Assembly: GCA_902478985.1 (NCBI GenBank)
Contig: CABSNH010000001.1
Location: 1-56,474, forward strand
Origin: an uncultured Collinsella sp.
GTDB taxonomy: Bacteria; Actinomycetota; Coriobacteriia; Coriobacteriales; Coriobacteriaceae
Direction: 5' to 3'
Length of the DNA stretch: 56,474 bases
Part shown: in pieces, positions 28,486 to 36,746 of the stretch
Position numbering within the stretch: the first letter of the stretch is position 1
How the letters are laid out: each line of letters begins with the position of its first letter
Program-made: the position numbers and the translations under genes
Notes under the pieces: model-generated
What the model was told of the DNA's origin: nothing
Database searches by the model: none
The model's input: the letters and a program-made list of their open reading frames with translations, nothing else

Positions 28486-29403
28486 CTAAAACAAACACTG
28501 CTCTATCAGCTCTTTACCGCGCAAGGCGTCGGTCCACTCCTGCGGAATTGCGTCGATGCCGTATACCGTGCCGGCGAGGGCGCCGGCAACGGCTGCGGTG
28601 GTATCGGTGTCGTCGCCCAGGTTGACGGCGACAAGCACGCAATCTTCGTAGCTGGTAGTGTTGACGAAGCACCAGGTGGCTGCCTTAAGCGTGTCGCGCA
28701 CGAAGCCACCTGACCTGATTTCCTGCTCAGGCACGCCTTTCAGATGGAGTGCCCGCGAGGGGAGCGCGCCGTTCATCACATTCCTCATCAGCTCAACAAA
28801 TATGATGCATGCATCGGTTGATGTTCTGTGGGCGTGCGTGATTGCCGAGACCTCGCGGATCTCGTTGTCCGTCGCATCGGTGAACGCTAGGGGAGCGATG
28901 CGCATGAGCGATCCGTTGCCGTTGTCGCGCTCGCCGGAGCCTCCTTTGCCGGTGTGCAAAGCGCGGGCGGTCGTGCCGCCGTAATCGAAAACGCCGTCGA
29001 TCGTATACTCGCCACGGGCAATCCAGCGTACGAACTTGTCGCGCATGTCTGCGGTGTCGATGTGCCCGAGCTCCCTAATCGAGTCACAGGTAGCAAGCGT
29101 CATGGACGTGTCATCGCTCCAGGTGCCGGCGGGCTGCCCATGCGTGCCGTAGCCGATCATGTCCGTGCATTTGAACGTGCCGCGGGGCCTAAACTCGTAA
29201 GGAACGCCCAGCGCGTCGCCGACGGCAAGCCCGTAAATGCAGCCGCGTAGCGCTGGTTTCGACGTATGCCCACGTTTCGTTGTAGGGGGCGCTGGCGAGA
29301 TGAGCCGAAATCCCTCTGAATCGCTCTTGCGTCGTGCGGCCATGTCCTCGGCAGAACGCACTTTAGGTGCGCTTTCGGTGATGGCCTGATTGATGTCTGC
29401 CAT
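28486..29403 (-). CDS. ADP-ribosylglycohydrolase (DraG/ARH family)
   Basis: GLAVGDALG, WSDDT, GNGSLMR, ITH, GDDTDTTAAVAGALAG; GAGAGG RBS before ATG at 29403; about 50-aa N-terminal extension. Confidence 0.93.
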   Translation of the reverse strand: MADINQAITESAPKVRSAEDMAARRKSDSEGFRLISPAPPTTKRGHTSKPALRGCIYGLAVGDALGVPYEFRPRGTFKCTDMIGYGTHGQPAGTWSDDTSMTLATCDSIRELGHIDTADMRDKFVRWIARGEYTIDGVFDYGGTTARALHTGKGGSGERDNGNGSLMRIAPLAFTDATDNEIREVSAITHAHRTSTDACIIFVELMRNVMNGALPSRALHLKGVPEQEIRSGGFVRDTLKAATWCFVNTTSYEDCVLVAVNLGDDTDTTAAVAGALAGTVYGIDAIPQEWTDALRGKELIEQCLF

Positions 29404-29463
29404 GGGAAACACCTCTCGTACTTTGGATTGAGGATGCGCGGCTACCTGCGGCAATGTGTCCAG

Positions 29464-29496
29464 CCCAATTCGGGACGCAGTGAGTCCCGAATTGGG
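29464..29496. repeat. 13-bp perfect palindrome (REP-like or terminator)
   Basis: CCCAATTCGGGAC-GCAGTGA-GTCCCGAATTGGG. Confidence 0.7.
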
Positions 29497-29546
29497 AGAG
29501 CTTGTCAGCTAATCTGACAAATGAAAAAACCCGCAACGCTATTGCT

Positions 29547-30000
29547 TTATACAGCAATAGGGACCTCTTTTGGGCGCCCTGCCTTTGGAGCGTCGGCGAG
29601 TCGTGCCTCGATGGAAGATTTGGACACCATGCGCTTGGTGCCATCCTTCCATGAATCCAACAGTTCAGCATTTATAAGTTGCGATACTCTTGCCGAGCTA
29701 ACGCCAAGCATGCGCGCGGCATCCGCTGCGTGGACGGAGGGGATATCGTTGAGTTCGCGACTGACGGCCACGGCGATAATCTTGCCACCGCGCTGCGGCT
29801 CGTGGCCAAAGTTCGGCGCATGCATGGTCAACGCCGCCCATTAGGTGGTCATCGACCATGCATGCGAGAAAATCAGCGGCGCTTTCGACGGCGTCGTTTA
29901 GGTCGGATCCGAACGTTCCACCTCCGCTCAGCGAGCCACATGGCACAGCGTTGATAACGCCGTCCGAATCAAAGAACTCGAATTCCCATGCGTAAACCAG
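29547..30000 (-). pseudogene. HicB-like antitoxin with C-terminal HTH, frameshifted and with a CTG start
   Basis: GAGGAGG then CTG-VYAWEFEFFDSDG...TFGSDLNDAVESAADFL (HicB-like); frame changes near CATGCATG (about 29817-29830) into ...AADAARMLGVSSARVSQLI HTH. Confidence 0.75.
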
Positions 30001-30203
30001 GAAAGACCTCCTCTAATGGCGAATAATACGAGGCGTACTCCTAGAAGCATTGCCAGTCGCATCGATGCGGCTAATCATGCCTATCTTAAAGCCTCGCGCG
30101 GACTCGAATTTCAATGTCGCTTTGCGCCTTCGTGCAGGATTCCCGAAGTGACTAAAATGTGACCATAGAGACAGTTTTAGCGAACCCCACGGCAGTGACG
30201 CGT

Positions 30204-30473
30204 ATGGACAACAACACGCTGCTGTTCCAGGACAAAGGTTCGGGTAGGTTTAAAGACGTCAAGATCTACCCTAACCGCATTGAGGTACTCAAGAAGGGCA
30301 TTTTTGGCGGCAAGCACACCGAGATTGTCTACCTTAAGGACATCACGGGGGTCAGCAGGATCAAGGGTCGCGACGTTTTCCTACGTAACAGGCTGTTGAC
30401 TGCCTGTGTCTTTAGTCTGAGCAGCCGCTCCCAAGCTCAGGAGTTCGTGAATGCGCTGAACATGGTGATGTAG
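30204..30473 (+). CDS. Small hypothetical protein, possibly a bacterial PH-domain fold
   Basis: IYPNRIEVLKKGIFGGKHTEIVYLKDITGV...AQEFVNAL pattern; the start may instead be GTG at 30159. Confidence 0.6.
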   Translation: MDNNTLLFQDKGSGRFKDVKIYPNRIEVLKKGIFGGKHTEIVYLKDITGVSRIKGRDVFLRNRLLTACVFSLSSRSQAQEFVNALNMVM

Positions 30474-30501
30474 CCGATAACGGTGTTCGGGCTAAGGTAA
30501 A

Positions 30502-30536
30502 AATCGGGGCGCAGAACGGTATTCTGCGCCCCGATT
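30502..30536. terminator. 15-bp hairpin between convergent genes
   Basis: AATCGGGGCGCAGAA-CGGTA-TTCTGCGCCCCGATT. Confidence 0.75.
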
Positions 30537-30565
30537 GAGTTAATGCGCCCAAAAGGCCGGCTTGC

Positions 30566-33046
30566 CTATTCGCTAGCACCTTCGTTGTCTTCGCGGTCAC
30601 TGGCAAGCATTGCTGCACCTGCGACCGTTGTCGCCACGGCGGCAGCGGCGAGCCCGGCAGCGATGCCAGAGCCGTCGCCCGTGTCGGCGAGTTTTCCGGC
30701 CGAGCCCTTGCTCTTGTTGCCCTTGCCGTTCTTGTCGGCGCTGTCCGCGTTGGTACCGCTGTCGGTGCCGGTGCCGCCTGCACTGCCCGAAGTCGTCACA
30801 GTAAAGCTTGCGGCTCCGTCGGTGGCAAGCGTGTAGTTTTGCGCCGCGTCGCCCAACAGGCCTTTCGCACGCACCCAATATGTCCCCGCGGCAAATGCCT
30901 CGCCCTCGGCCATCGCCGTTCCCGGAGCGCCGTTCGCGTCGTGCACAAACTCGAGCTGGGCCGTGCAGGCATCGGTTTCGAGCTTGCCCTCGAGTGATGC
31001 CACAATCTTGGCGCGCACGTCTTCGCCGGCCTTAAGGCCTTCGAGTCCCTCAAAATGGGGCGTCAGCGCGCGTGGATCGATATCGATGGGCACGGAGCCC
31101 CGCAGCTCCGTAACGGTCTCGTTGCCCAAGGCGTCGACGTCCACATATTCGATGGCAAACGCATGGCCCGAAGCCGCCACGTTGAGTACGTTGCTGCTGT
31201 TGACAAGGCGGAAATGACCCTCGCCAACGGTCTTGCCATCTTGGAGTGAGGCATCGCTCAGCGAGTCGCCGTATGTCATGTGCATGCGGGTCGGGAGGTA
31301 GTACGAAGCTGTCTGCTTGTGCTGTGCGTAATTGCGCTGGTAGATGCTCCGCGCCAGTGCCGCATCAACAAAGTCGGATGCGATGATGCCAATGTGCTTG
31401 AGGCAATCTGACTTTGTTTTATCGCTGCCGCTGGGATTGATGTACTGGCTCTTGTACAGATGCTCGTTGACCACTCGCGCCGCGGTAAAAGGATTGCTTC
31501 CTTGTTTGTAATTCGTGCAACTGGTGTAGTTGATAGACCAGCAGCGTTCCAGGACTTGTACCTTGGCGCCATCATTGTCCTCGACGTCCACCTTGTTGCG
31601 CGTGAGATTGGTCGTCTCTCGCAGCGCCATATCGACCCAGCTAATCTTGTCGGTTCCGGTGCATTCAAAATGGTCCTGGGCGTATACCTTGGTGCAATAG
31701 GGCTCTTTGTCGCCCGCATTGCCCGTAGTCTCAAAGCCTCGCGCGTCTTGGACGAGGCACATCGACTGCCCGGAATGCGCCTTGATTTTGTCGTCCCATT
31801 GGGTGAGATCGAGGCCCCACGTGTGGCTGCTTACGCTGTTGCCGGCGAGTACAAATCGACGCAGCAGGACGATCTTTCCGCGCACCTCGTTCAGTGTGGG
31901 GATTCGGCTCGACGTGTAGAACAGATCGGGATTATCGTGCATAACCTTGGCGAAAGCCGTCGTAACGCTTTCGTCGGTAGCCTCGTCGTTGCCTCGTGAC
32001 GCAAGCATGATGAGCGCTTCTGACGGGTTTTCGTTCAAAAATGTTTTGAAGTAACCGATGACATCGGAGAGATGCATAAAGCCCCCGTCTTTTTTGAGCA
32101 GGTAGCATCTTCCATGGTCGATACCGGGGTCGCCGTTCTCGTCGTTCCTTCCGAGTCGGATATCAAAATAGCGAATGCCTTCGAGCAACTGCGTCGGGAT
32201 GTAATCCTGCTGGCACTTTGCTTGTGAGGATTGGGGCTCGGTGTCGTTGTCCACGCTGCAGGTGCCCGAATCATGCGTGCCCGGGATACTCAGCTCGTCG
32301 AGGTACTTGTTGTCGTCGACGTATTTCATCCAGCATGGTCCGTCGACGTAGCTGCTATACGTGGTCCAGTCGATACTTCTAACTGTGGTATTGATCTTGC
32401 CCATGTCGTAACCGACAAGTTCTAGCTCCCACGGAATGCTCTTACTCTTATGGCAGATCTTATTGTTGTCCTGGTCTTTGCCGTCCGATTCTATTGCCAG
32501 GTACTTAATGTCTTTTTTCTCGGTTTCTTTCTCGACCGTGCGGTCTCGAATGATATAGGTTCCGTTTGATTGACGTTCGAACGCAAAAGCGCGGCTGGGC
32601 TTGTTGTCATACTCGCCGCCCCATACGTGGATGACCTTTCCATCTTTGTCCGAGTCGTCGTCGACCGACCAAATGCTGTAGCCCGTCTTTTTATGCTCTT
32701 CGAAATTGAGCAAGGTGCGGATAGCATACCAGTTTGTATCGTCATTCTTGGTCGTTACGTTCTCAAGGATGAGCTTGCTGGACGTGCCGTCGTTAAACAG
32801 GTGGCAGACGTTGCCGCGAACGTTGCCGTCTTGGTTGACGCTCGCGGTGCGAAAATAGCCCGCGGGGCGAAGGCGAATGACGAAATTGTCGAGGCTGTCC
32901 GACGGTGCGGGTGTGTTGTCTGCAAATGCCGTTCGCAGGGGAATGCCCGGCGCTGCGGTTTCAGGCAGGCTTGCAAGTGGTGACAACGCCGCAAGCCCTA
33001 GGCCCAGCGTAAACGCTCGGCGGCTGATGGCATGGTGTTCGGTCAT
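30566..33046 (-). CDS. Cell-wall-anchored phosphatidylinositol-specific phospholipase C X-domain protein
   Basis: SRRAF twin-Arg-like signal; LSIPGTHDS, QLLEGIRYFDIR, IDHG, EVRGKIVLLRRF PI-PLC motifs; LADTG sortase-type motif plus hydrophobic tail. Confidence 0.88.
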   Translation of the reverse strand: MTEHHAISRRAFTLGLGLAALSPLASLPETAAPGIPLRTAFADNTPAPSDSLDNFVIRLRPAGYFRTASVNQDGNVRGNVCHLFNDGTSSKLILENVTTKNDDTNWYAIRTLLNFEEHKKTGYSIWSVDDDSDKDGKVIHVWGGEYDNKPSRAFAFERQSNGTYIIRDRTVEKETEKKDIKYLAIESDGKDQDNNKICHKSKSIPWELELVGYDMGKINTTVRSIDWTTYSSYVDGPCWMKYVDDNKYLDELSIPGTHDSGTCSVDNDTEPQSSQAKCQQDYIPTQLLEGIRYFDIRLGRNDENGDPGIDHGRCYLLKKDGGFMHLSDVIGYFKTFLNENPSEALIMLASRGNDEATDESVTTAFAKVMHDNPDLFYTSSRIPTLNEVRGKIVLLRRFVLAGNSVSSHTWGLDLTQWDDKIKAHSGQSMCLVQDARGFETTGNAGDKEPYCTKVYAQDHFECTGTDKISWVDMALRETTNLTRNKVDVEDNDGAKVQVLERCWSINYTSCTNYKQGSNPFTAARVVNEHLYKSQYINPSGSDKTKSDCLKHIGIIASDFVDAALARSIYQRNYAQHKQTASYYLPTRMHMTYGDSLSDASLQDGKTVGEGHFRLVNSSNVLNVAASGHAFAIEYVDVDALGNETVTELRGSVPIDIDPRALTPHFEGLEGLKAGEDVRAKIVASLEGKLETDACTAQLEFVHDANGAPGTAMAEGEAFAAGTYWVRAKGLLGDAAQNYTLATDGAASFTVTTSGSAGGTGTDSGTNADSADKNGKGNKSKGSAGKLADTGDGSGIAAGLAAAAVATTVAGAAMLASDREDNEGASE

Positions 33047-33253
33047 ATCTCCTCCGTTCGCAGGGTGCGGTTATGCACTTGTTTTGGTCACTATACTGCC
33101 CAGATGTTTAAAGACGCCGGTTTAAATTGCCTGCGCGGCGCTATAAATCGGCGGGCGGACGTGTTGGGGCACTTGTCTATTTGTGCTGTTATCACGTCTG
33201 GGATGGTTTTGGAGCCCGGCATCCTGCGTTCGTCGGCTACCGGCATAAGAATG

Positions 33254-33279
33254 GGGAGGGTCGGCTTACCGGCCCTCCC
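33254..33279 (-). terminator. Terminator-like hairpin after lipoprotein copy 1
   Basis: GGGAGGGTCGG-CTTA-CCGGCCCTCCC; similar to the 34088-34118 hairpin. Confidence 0.6.
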
Positions 33280-33351
33280 TGGGTACGAAGCGCTGGGATA
33301 CCGTCGCTTGTTTGCACTGCGTCCGTGTTTCCCGTTGTGCTCGCCAGTCGC

Positions 33352-33945
33352 TTAGCGCTTGATCTCGATATCCTCGAGCTTGACGTCCATGGCCTCGGTC
33401 TTGGCCTTGGCGATGTCGTCGGCAAACTCCAGAGACTTCATCATGGTCTCGACGGCGTCCTTGTGCTCCTCGACATTGTCGATACGTACGTACACACTGC
33501 CGCCGTCAACGTCAGTGAAGTACTCGGTCGTCACGCCGCCCGAGTGCGTAAAGTAGGCGCTGCGCCAGGTCTTGCCGTTGTACTTAACGGGATCGCTCTC
33601 GGTCCATCCGGAGTTGGCCTTCCACTTTGCCTCGTAGTCAAACAGTTCGTCGGCGTTCTTGTCAGGATCGAAGACGGGGATGAAGCGGTCGCTGGCATGC
33701 TCGCTCTCGGTGAACTTAAACTGGGCCCTGTCGGCGGTATCGCCTGCGACGTCCGTGATTTCGACGCCCTCGGGGACTTCGACCTTAAACCAAATGAAGT
33801 CGGTCCTCATATCCACGGCTGGTTTTTCTGCTCCGCCGCCACCGCCACTTCCGGTAGCGCCGCCGCTGCCACCGCAGCCCACCAGGGCAACTGCGGCAAA
33901 GAGACTGATGCAGAGGGTGAGAATCGCAAAGGCCTTCTTTTTCAT
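33352..33945 (-). CDS. Hypothetical lipoprotein (paralog 1)
   Basis: MKKK + hydrophobic stretch + LVGC lipobox; Gly-rich linker; GAGGAGG RBS. Confidence 0.85.
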   Translation of the reverse strand: MKKKAFAILTLCISLFAAVALVGCGGSGGATGSGGGGGAEKPAVDMRTDFIWFKVEVPEGVEITDVAGDTADRAQFKFTESEHASDRFIPVFDPDKNADELFDYEAKWKANSGWTESDPVKYNGKTWRSAYFTHSGGVTTEYFTDVDGGSVYVRIDNVEEHKDAVETMMKSLEFADDIAKAKTEAMDVKLEDIEIKR

Positions 33946-34016
33946 GGTCGTGTCCTCCTCGATCTGTAACCGCCCATGGATTACCTGCCTTTACTGTACG
34001 CGCGGGCGGCTCGTTC

Positions 34017-34036
34017 AGGTGGGCCATGTGTCCCAT
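34017..34036. promoter_or_regulatory. 20-bp motif, copy 1 (putative operator)
   Basis: AGGTGGGCCATGTGTCCCAT, identical at 34975-34994; core TGGGCCATGTGTCCCA is 12/16 self-complementary. Confidence 0.6.
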
Positions 34037-34087
34037 TCTGGGGGCCTGATTTGCGCCGACAAGTGGCAATATGCTCGGGCGTAAAAG

Positions 34088-34118
34088 AGGGGAGGGTCGG
34101 CCGATCCAATCCTCCCCT
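34088..34118 (-). terminator. Terminator after lipoprotein copy 2
   Basis: AGGGGAGGGTCGG...CCAATCCTCCCCT preceded by an A-run (U-tract on the minus strand). Confidence 0.65.
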
Positions 34119-34171
34119 GGCTGGGCGTCCGATCATTTAATGAATGCGCACGCGATGCTGCGTGCGAGCCC

Positions 34172-34777
34172 CTAATGCTTGATCTCGATGCTCGAAATCT
34201 CGACTTCGCGTGCCTCGGCAACTGCCTTCGCCATGTCATCGGGAAACTCGATGGAGTTGAGGAGCGCCTCGGCTTCTTTCTTATGCAGATCGAAGTTCGA
34301 GATGAGGACGTAGACACTTCCCGGCTCAACGTCGGTAAAGAGGAGGGTTGAGACGCCGCTGTTGTCCTCGTACGTTCCGACGAGCCACGTCCTGCCGTTA
34401 TACTCGACGGACCCGCCATCCTTCCACTGGAACGTATCACCTTTCTTTTCTGCCTGGTCGGCGTGGGATTCCTCTGCCGTCAGCGCTTTTTTCCAAACGG
34501 GGATAAAGCGATCGGCCGAACCGTTCTCGTCTTCGGGGAAGGTGAGCTGGACCCTGTCGGCGTTCTTGCCGGCGGAGTCGCTTACGCCAACGCCCTCGGG
34601 CATCTCGACCTTAAACCAGATAAAGTCAGTCTTTTCGGCGACGGGGGCCTTTTCCTTGCCTTCGCTCTTTGAGGTGCTGCTGCCTCCGCCCGATGCGATC
34701 CCGCCGCAGCCGACAAGGACAAACGCGGCAAAGAGGGCGATGCAAAGGGAAAGGATCGATAGGGTCTTTTTCTTCAT
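34172..34777 (-). CDS. Hypothetical lipoprotein (paralog 2)
   Basis: MKKKTLS...LVGC lipobox; shares TDFIWFKVE.PEGV, ADR.Q, DRFIPV, YNG.TW, FTDV..GSVYV.I.N with paralog 1. Confidence 0.85.
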   Translation of the reverse strand: MKKKTLSILSLCIALFAAFVLVGCGGIASGGGSSTSKSEGKEKAPVAEKTDFIWFKVEMPEGVGVSDSAGKNADRVQLTFPEDENGSADRFIPVWKKALTAEESHADQAEKKGDTFQWKDGGSVEYNGRTWLVGTYEDNSGVSTLLFTDVEPGSVYVLISNFDLHKKEAEALLNSIEFPDDMAKAVAEAREVEISSIEIKH

Positions 34778-34974
34778 GGTGGCGTCCTCCTTGTCTGCCG
34801 ATGACATCACGGCGCCGCATGCTGTTGGGGTACTGATTGCGCTGGCGGCGGATGTCTCTGTGTACCGTGCGGCTTATGCCTCCGTTCATCGCTTGTGGCC
34901 GTTGCGCGGCCGTTGTCCCAACAGGTTCCTTACTTATAGATATGCCCCGGTTTGTGCCGTCCGGGAGTCTCGAA

Positions 34975-34994
34975 AGGTGGGCCATGTGTCCCAT
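34975..34994. promoter_or_regulatory. 20-bp motif, copy 2 (putative operator)
   Basis: Exact repeat of 34017-34036. Confidence 0.6.
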
Positions 34995-35155
34995 GTTTGC
35001 GGCGCCGACGCCTATCGTTCGTCATAGAAATCCGTGATGGCCAGGTGTGCTGACGCTCATGTGCTTATGGGCTAGACTTAGCATCATTACGTGTTTGATG
35101 CGGTTGGTCGGCAGTTGCCGCCCGACCGATCTATATGACTTGAAGGTGCATACGT

Positions 35156-35788
35156 ATGAGCCAAGAGATGATGGACAAGACCTGCCGTGGGTTTGCCGAG
35201 GCGCTGGCCGCGCGCGAGCCGGTTCCCGGCGGCGGTAGCGCGAGCGCCTTTGTGGGCGCGCTGGGCGCCTCGCTTTGCGGGATGGTCGCGCGCTACGGGG
35301 CGACCAATCCCGCGCTTGCCGATCGCGCAGACGATCTGGCGCGCGCATTTGCCCAGGCAGATGAGTTGGCGCAGGAACTAGTGGGTCTGGTTGCCGAGGA
35401 CGTTCGTGCGTACGGCCAGGTGTCTGCGGCGTACGGTATTCCGCGCGAGGATCCGGCTCGACCCGCGGCGATTCAGGACGCGTTGCACGTGGCCGCCATG
35501 CCACCGTATCGGATTATGGACGCCTGTGGGCGCGCGCTGGCGCTGCTCGAGGACATGGCAGACAAAGGCTCGCGCCAACTGCTGTCCGACGTGGCGTGCG
35601 GTGCCGTGTTCTGCCGCGCCGCCATGCAGGGCGCGAGCCTGACGCTCTTTGCCAACACCACATCTATGAAAGACCGGGCGCGCGCCGAGGAACTCGAGGC
35701 GGCGTGCGATGAGCTGCTGGATACGTGGCTGCCGCGCGCCGATGCGCTGGCGCGCCGCGCTGCCGACGCCGCAAGGAAGAGGGGATAG
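35156..35788 (+). CDS. Cyclodeaminase/cyclohydrolase family protein (FTCD_C, FchA-like)
   Basis: F.EALAAREPVPGGGSASA..GALGASL..MV; LLSDVACG; immediately upstream of folD. Confidence 0.9.
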   Translation: MSQEMMDKTCRGFAEALAAREPVPGGGSASAFVGALGASLCGMVARYGATNPALADRADDLARAFAQADELAQELVGLVAEDVRAYGQVSAAYGIPREDPARPAAIQDALHVAAMPPYRIMDACGRALALLEDMADKGSRQLLSDVACGAVFCRAAMQGASLTLFANTTSMKDRARAEELEAACDELLDTWLPRADALARRAADAARKRG

Positions 35789-35790
35789 CC

Positions 35791-36645
35791 ATGGCAGAGC
35801 TGCTGAAGGGTGCTCCCGTTGCCCGCGCTTTGACCGAGGAGCTTGCCGCTCGTTGCATGGCTTTGCGTGAGCGCGGCGTTGTTCCGACACTGGCCATCGT
35901 TCGTGTGGGCGAGCGCGAGGACGACCTGTCCTACGAGCGCGGTGCTCTCAAGCGCTGCGAGAAGGTTGGCATTGAGGCTCGTCGCGTTTTGCTTCCCGCC
36001 GATGTTTCGCAGGACGAGCTGTTGGCGGCTATTAAGGACATCAATGCCGACCCCGCTGTTCATGGCTGCCTGATGTTTCGCCCGCTGCCCGCTGGGCTTG
36101 ATGAGGATGCAGTTGCCGCGGCACTCGATCCCGACAAGGATGTTGACTCCATGACGCCGGCATCGCTGCTCACCACGCTTTCGGGGCGAGGTGAGGGTTT
36201 TGCCCCCTGCACGGCCGGGGCCGTGTTGGCGTTGCTGGACCATTACGGCGTTGAGCTGGATGGGGCCAAGGTCGCGGTCGTCGGTCGATCGCTGGTGATT
36301 GGCCGTCCCGTTGCCGCCATGCTTACGGCTCGCAATGCCACGGTGACGACGTGTCATACGCATACGCGTGACTTGGCTGCCGAGTGCCGTTCTGCCGACA
36401 TTGTTGTTGCCGCGGTTGGACGTGCGCGCACGATTGGCGCGGATGCGGTTCGCGCGGGCCAAACGATCATCGATGTTGGCATTAACTGGGACGAGGCCGC
36501 TGACAAGCTGGTCGGGGACGTCGATTTTGATGCAGCGGAACCGGTCGTTGGCGCAATTACTCCCGTGCCGGGCGGCGTGGGGGCTGTGACCACGGCGATT
36601 CTCGCCAAGCACGTGATCGAGGCGGCGGAGCGCGCATCGAAATAG
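35791..36645 (+). CDS. folD: Methylenetetrahydrofolate dehydrogenase/cyclohydrolase
   Basis: PDKDVD, FAPCT, VVGRSLVIGRP, TCHTHT, IIDVGIN, LVGDVDF, ITPVPGGVGAVT. Confidence 0.95.
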   Translation: MAELLKGAPVARALTEELAARCMALRERGVVPTLAIVRVGEREDDLSYERGALKRCEKVGIEARRVLLPADVSQDELLAAIKDINADPAVHGCLMFRPLPAGLDEDAVAAALDPDKDVDSMTPASLLTTLSGRGEGFAPCTAGAVLALLDHYGVELDGAKVAVVGRSLVIGRPVAAMLTARNATVTTCHTHTRDLAAECRSADIVVAAVGRARTIGADAVRAGQTIIDVGINWDEAADKLVGDVDFDAAEPVVGAITPVPGGVGAVTTAILAKHVIEAAERASK

Positions 36646-36746
36646 TCGTTTTTGACCACAGGGGTTGCCGGGGCGGCTGTTTCGCCCTTTTTGCGCCGAA
36701 GCGATACACTGTTGCCGTTTGATTTCTTCGCTCAAGGAGGATGCGC

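Noticed and set aside
35095..35155. ZTP or THF riboswitch before fchA-folD
   Set aside because: Only a simple GGTCGG...CCGACC hairpin; conserved riboswitch cores not seen.
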